From an uncultured bacterium (GTDB lineage: Bacteria; Lernaellota; Lernaellaia; Lernaellales; Lernaellaceae), in contig CAZHPN010000206.1 in the NCBI GenBank assembly GCA_964534375.1, positions 1 to 10,018 of the forward strand: a DNA stretch of 10,018 bases, given 5' to 3'. This document shows, in pieces, positions 6,472-10,018 of this stretch (its first letter is position 1; every line of letters begins with the position of its first letter). Made by a program: the position numbers and the translations under genes. Under the pieces are notes generated by a model, which was not told the DNA's origin, did no database searches, and saw only the letters and a list, made by a program, of their open reading frames with translations.

Positions 6472-7604
6472 CCAGTTATTCTATGTGGCGAGTTTTCGCC
6501 AACTGCCGCAAAAAGGCGTACTGGCGCTATATTCGCAACCTCGTGCCAATCACGCGCGACAAGAATCTCGACTTCGGCACGGTCATCCATTCCGCGCTCG
6601 ACCTTTGGCACGGCGGCGTCGGCATTGCCGCGGTGCGCAGTTTCCTGCGTGCGGAGTACGGGCGCGCCGTTGCCGGGCGAAATCCCCTCGACTACGCGAA
6701 AGCCCTGGCAATGGTTGACGGCTACGCGCGGCGTTATCCCGAAGGGTCCGAGCCGTTCAAGGTGGTCGCTCTTGAGCGCGTTTTCCGCGGCGACATTCAC
6801 AACCCCGCGACGGGCGCGTGCAGCCGCAAACTCGACCTCGGCGGCAAGGTGGACGGCCTCGTGCAGACCCAGGACGGCCGTTATTGGCTGCTGGAACACA
6901 AGACGGCGACGAACCCCGATGGCTCTTACCTCGAAAACCTCTGGACGGATTTTCAGATCACGCTCTACAGCTATTATGTGCAAAAGCTGTTCGGCGTGAA
7001 CCTGTCCGGCGTGCTTTACAACATTCTCGCCAAGAACAAGTTGCAGCAGCGCGCGGGCGAAACCGAAGCCGAATACCAAATCCGTTACGCGGACCTCTGC
7101 TCGAAAAACAAGAGCGGCAAATCGACGGCAACGCGCAACATGCCCGAAACCGACGACGAGTTTGCCGCTCGGCTGGCGACGTGGCACGGCGACTCCGGCG
7201 CGTATATCCGGCAGGAAATTCTCATTTCGCAAGATCGGTTCACTCTCGTCGCCGGCGAACTTTGGGAACTGACGCAGACCTTCCTCGATTGTCGCCGCCG
7301 CGGCGCGTGGTTCCAAAACCCCGGCCAATGCTTCGGGAAATTCGGCCAAAAATGCGAATACTTCGCGCTCTGCTCGTCGGGCGACAGCCCCGTTGTGATG
7401 GGAAACCAGTATTGCCACCAAGACCCGCACGAAGAATTGCGCGAATCGCTCGGAATCGCGGAAAACAACCCGTTCCTGAATGACGCGGCGGGCGCGGTGG
7501 TCGATCTCGCAGACGACGCCCTTTTCGCTGACGAACTCGCCGCCCTCGACGGCGCAATCCCCAACAATGGCGGCGGCGACACGGCCGCGGCCCTCACGTT
7601 CTAA
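6456..7604 (+). CDS. PD-(D/E)XK exonuclease, Cas4/AddB/RecB-like (PDDEXK_1), probable 4Fe-4S (382 aa)
   Basis: GTG 6456 with AAGGAG SD. Motifs LTSYS...FANCRKK.Y.RY, FGTVIHSAL, E, GKVDGLV, LLEHKT and QITLY, plus C-terminal C-x7-C-x5-C (CFGKFGQKCEYFALC). Acidic tail. Confidence 0.9.
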   Translation: MEKILTSYSMWRVFANCRKKAYWRYIRNLVPITRDKNLDFGTVIHSALDLWHGGVGIAAVRSFLRAEYGRAVAGRNPLDYAKALAMVDGYARRYPEGSEPFKVVALERVFRGDIHNPATGACSRKLDLGGKVDGLVQTQDGRYWLLEHKTATNPDGSYLENLWTDFQITLYSYYVQKLFGVNLSGVLYNILAKNKLQQRAGETEAEYQIRYADLCSKNKSGKSTATRNMPETDDEFAARLATWHGDSGAYIRQEILISQDRFTLVAGELWELTQTFLDCRRRGAWFQNPGQCFGKFGQKCEYFALCSSGDSPVVMGNQYCHQDPHEELRESLGIAENNPFLNDAAGAVVDLADDALFADELAALDGAIPNNGGGDTAAALTF

Positions 7605-7629
7605 CGAACAAACGAAGGACGAAAAAACC

Positions 7630-8436
7630 ATGACGCAAACACCCGAAACGGCAATCCCGAACCCGCCAGCGGGCGGCAATGGCGCGCCGGGGCCGGCAGC
7701 GCCCCCGGCGAAAGCGTCGTTCACGCTCCCCACGGCCAAGACCGCGCCGAAAAGCGCCTTCGCGGACCTAACGACGTTCGTGTACGGCCCCCCGAAAATC
7801 GGCAAAAGCACCCTCGCGTCGCAGTTCCCCGGCGCGCTGTTCCTGGCGACCGAGGCGGGGCTGAACCACCTGGAAACGTATCAAATCCCCATTAGTTCTT
7901 GGGACGACTTCATCCGTGCGTGCGCGTTGATCCTCCAAGGAAAACACGAATTCCGCACGATCGTCATTGACACAGCCGACAACCTCTATCGCTACTGCAC
8001 GGACCAAATATGCAAGAAGCACGGCGTCGAAACCGTGGGCGACATTGCCGGGTTCGGCAAGGGCTTCGCGCTCTTGAACAACGAATTTCATCGCGTTCTG
8101 ACCAAGCTGACGCAGTTGCCGTATGGCCTCGTGCTGATCTCGCACAGCAAGCAGATCGAACTCGAAGATCGCGGCGGCAAATACAATAAGACGGTCCCGA
8201 CCCTGCCGGAAGGGGCGCGCAAGACGGTTCTCGGCATGGCTGACGTGATTCTCTACTGCACGCAGACGACGGGGCGCAACGAGGCCAACGAGCCGGTCGA
8301 GCAGCGCGTCATCATCACCAAACCCTCGCGGTTGTGGGAAGCGGGCGACCGGACGGGGCGGTTGCCCGAAGTGATGCCTCTCGATTTCCAAGCGTTCAAA
8401 GCGGCATGGCTCGCCTCGGCCGCGAAAAAACAATAA
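7630..8436 (+). CDS. AAA_24-family P-loop ATPase (Sak4-like phage recombinase/annealase), 268 aa
   Basis: Walker A YGPPKIGKST, FLATE.G, Walker B TIVIDT, FGKGF, LVLISH, MADVILY and EAGDR. ATG 7630 follows an A-rich leader containing AAGGA. Confidence 0.88.
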   Translation: MTQTPETAIPNPPAGGNGAPGPAAPPAKASFTLPTAKTAPKSAFADLTTFVYGPPKIGKSTLASQFPGALFLATEAGLNHLETYQIPISSWDDFIRACALILQGKHEFRTIVIDTADNLYRYCTDQICKKHGVETVGDIAGFGKGFALLNNEFHRVLTKLTQLPYGLVLISHSKQIELEDRGGKYNKTVPTLPEGARKTVLGMADVILYCTQTTGRNEANEPVEQRVIITKPSRLWEAGDRTGRLPEVMPLDFQAFKAAWLASAAKKQ

Positions 8437-8464
8437 CGAACAGACGAAGAAAGGCTAAACGAAC

Positions 8465-8983
8465 ATGACGGAAGCAAACGCAGACATCGACATCACGGCC
8501 GAACTCGCCAACATGGACGACGATTTCGACCAGCAAGAAGTGAGCGACAACCCGAACGACACGGTGCCCGACGGCCCCTATCAGGTGCGTGTCGTGAAAG
8601 CGGAACTCGGCCGCACGCAAGAGCGGAACGTGCCGATCCTCAAATGGCAGCTTCGCGTGTTGAGCGGCCCGCACGCGAAACGGCTGATTTTCCGCCACAA
8701 CCTCATCGAGAGCAAAGAAAACGTGAAGTGGCTGAAACAGGACTTGCACACCGCGGGGTTGGACCTGACGAAGCTGCACGAGTTGGCGGACCGCATCAAT
8801 GAATTGTTCGGCGTGACGCTGGACGTGAAAGTCACGACGAAAGGCCAATTCACGAACGTCTTTCTGCTGCGCCGCATCGTCGTCGCGGACGCCCCCGAAG
8901 ACGGTTTCGGGTTCGGCCACAACGCCGCGGCCGGCGCGGGAAGCCCCCCACCGACCAACGACGCCCTCGACGCCGTGTTCTAG
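8465..8983 (+). CDS. DUF669-family protein (putative phage single-stranded DNA-binding protein)
   Basis: VPDGPYQVRVVKAEL, ILKWQLRVLSG.HAKRLIF, LDVKV...GQFTNVF. Flexible acidic tail ending DALDAVF. Follows the Sak4-like ATPase as commonly seen. Confidence 0.8.
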   Translation: MTEANADIDITAELANMDDDFDQQEVSDNPNDTVPDGPYQVRVVKAELGRTQERNVPILKWQLRVLSGPHAKRLIFRHNLIESKENVKWLKQDLHTAGLDLTKLHELADRINELFGVTLDVKVTTKGQFTNVFLLRRIVVADAPEDGFGFGHNAAAGAGSPPPTNDALDAVF

Positions 8984-8986
8984 GCG

Positions 8987-9036
8987 CGGTCCCTCACGGT
9001 GCGCCCTGCGGCGGCGGGGCGCGCCGCGGGCGACCG
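8987..9036 (+). repeat. Long GC-rich stem-loop immediately after the DUF669 stop codon
   Basis: Arms 8987-9009 and 9014-9036 pair at 21 of 23 positions (3 G-U) with a 4-nt loop and no U-tract. Confidence 0.7.
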
Positions 9037-9065
9037 ACCACCACAACACGACCACCGAGGAAAAT

Positions 9066-9533
9066 ATGACACAACAAGCAGGACAAGAATGCGACGGCGA
9101 ACCTTTCACTTTTATCTGCGACACGCGCGAGCGCCAGCCTTACGGATTCTCCGCGCGCACAACCTTGAAAGCCCTTGACGCGGGCGATTACTCGGTTGTC
9201 GGCCACGAGGCCGAAATCGCGGTCGAGCGCAAAAGCCTCGACGACTTCGTGAACACGGTGATCCGCGCCCGCGCGCGATTCCACGACGAACTAAAAAAAC
9301 TCGCGCGTTACCGCTTCGCGTGCATCGTCGTCGAAGCCAGTTTTCAGGACATTTTGAGCGAGGGCTACACCAGCGGCGCCACCGGCTTTTCCGTCGCCCA
9401 GGCGGCAATGTCGATCATCGTCGATTGGCATGTGCCGATCTTCTTTTGCGGAGATCGCCAGGGCGCGCGGGAATTTACCACCATGTTTTTGCAGCGCGCC
9501 GTTCAAGCCATCCGGGGCAAAAACAACCAATGA
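9066..9533 (+). CDS. Stand-alone ERCC4/XPF/Mus81-domain nuclease (155 aa)
   Basis: ICDTRE.QPY, LDAGDYS, IAVERKSLDDF, RFHDEL and IVVEA match the ERCC4 D-x-R-E and GD-xn-ERK-x3-D signature. GAGG SD. Confidence 0.9.
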   Translation: MTQQAGQECDGEPFTFICDTRERQPYGFSARTTLKALDAGDYSVVGHEAEIAVERKSLDDFVNTVIRARARFHDELKKLARYRFACIVVEASFQDILSEGYTSGATGFSVAQAAMSIIVDWHVPIFFCGDRQGAREFTTMFLQRAVQAIRGKNNQ

Positions 9534-10018
9534 CCAGACGCGCCGCCAAGCCAACCAAGCCCTTGCACGAGCAAACGTCGATCACCGGGACGGTCGAGCG
9601 CATTTATTTCTCGTCGCCCACGTTCTCGGCCGGCGTGCTGCGCGACGACGACACCGGCGCGACCCTCAAGTTTTCGGGCAAATTCGCGGCGGCGGAAAAC
9701 GACGCGCTCGTGTTGACCGGCGAATGGACGACCCATGAAAAATACGGGCGGCAATTTACCGCGACCCTCGCAACACGCAACACGGCCCTGTCGGGCGCGG
9801 GCCTCGCGGCCTATCTCGAAAAGTCGCCGGCGTTCAAAGGCATCGGGCCGGTCAAGAGCAAAATAATCGCCCTGCGCTACGGCGCGCAATTCGCGGAAAT
9901 CATCGTTGCCGACCCGGCGCGCGTGGCGCGCGAGTGCAAAATCCCGATCCCCGTCGCGTTCGCCCTGTCGGCCGAATGGAAAAAGCATCACGCGGTCAAT
10001 GCCCTGGCGACACAGCTT
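9530..10018 (+). CDS. RecD2-like ATP-dependent DNA helicase, N-terminal part (runs off the window)
   Basis: Not in the ORF track; translated by hand from the ATGA overlap. SITGTVERIYFSSPTFSAGVL...LVLTGEWTTHEKYGRQF...LAAYLEKSPAFKGIGPVKSKII matches the RecD2 N-terminus and its HhH motif. Open for 163 codons to the edge; helicase motifs are not visible. Confidence 0.85.
   Translation, partial: MTRRAAKPTKPLHEQTSITGTVERIYFSSPTFSAGVLRDDDTGATLKFSGKFAAAENDALVLTGEWTTHEKYGRQFTATLATRNTALSGAGLAAYLEKSPAFKGIGPVKSKIIALRYGAQFAEIIVADPARVARECKIPIPVAFALSAEWKKHHAVNALATQL

Larger units (their letters stand above)
2848..10018. mobile_element. tRNA-Arg-integrated prophage or phage-like integrative element (one end; continues beyond the window)
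   Basis: att fragment, integrase, divergent repressor/HTH switch and an overlapping early operon with phage-type recombination/replication genes. Confidence 0.9.

Noticed and set aside
6456..7604. Cas4 of a CRISPR-Cas system
   Set aside because: No repeat-spacer array, cas1 or cas2 in the window; the context is a phage recombination module.
4935..7629. ORF-track starts at 4935, 5305, 5795, 6405 and 7480
   Set aside because: They overlap upstream genes extensively. Downstream starts (5076, 5353, 5924, 6456, 7630) have SD sequences or stop/start coupling.
6390..9991. Long minus-strand ORFs (6390..7811, 7768..8433, 8396..9124, 9503..9991)
   Set aside because: Antisense to well-supported plus-strand genes, with no motifs of their own.

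Overview
The window covers a host/mobile-element junction in a GC-rich bacterium. The host side (1-~2847) carries the osmoregulated periplasmic glucan genes on the minus strand: opgG/mdoG, then opgH/mdoH, which runs off the left edge. At 2848-2889 is only the 3' half of a tRNA-Arg(ACG), followed by an intrinsic terminator. This is the displaced att core of an integrated element that extends past the right edge. The element looks like a temperate phage early region. Leftward are a tyrosine integrase and an XRE-HTH repressor whose S24-like domain seems to lack the autocleavage residues. An AT-rich divergent control region follows. The rightward operon is tightly coupled: a 19-aa uORF, two excisionase-like HTH proteins, a CII-like regulator and two small membrane proteins. 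It continues into a five-gene DNA-processing module: Fe-S PD-(D/E)XK nuclease, AAA_24/Sak4-like ATPase, DUF669 SSB-like protein, ERCC4/XPF nuclease and a RecD2-like helicase (partial). No virion or conjugation genes are in view. All family calls come from reading motifs by eye, not from database searches.
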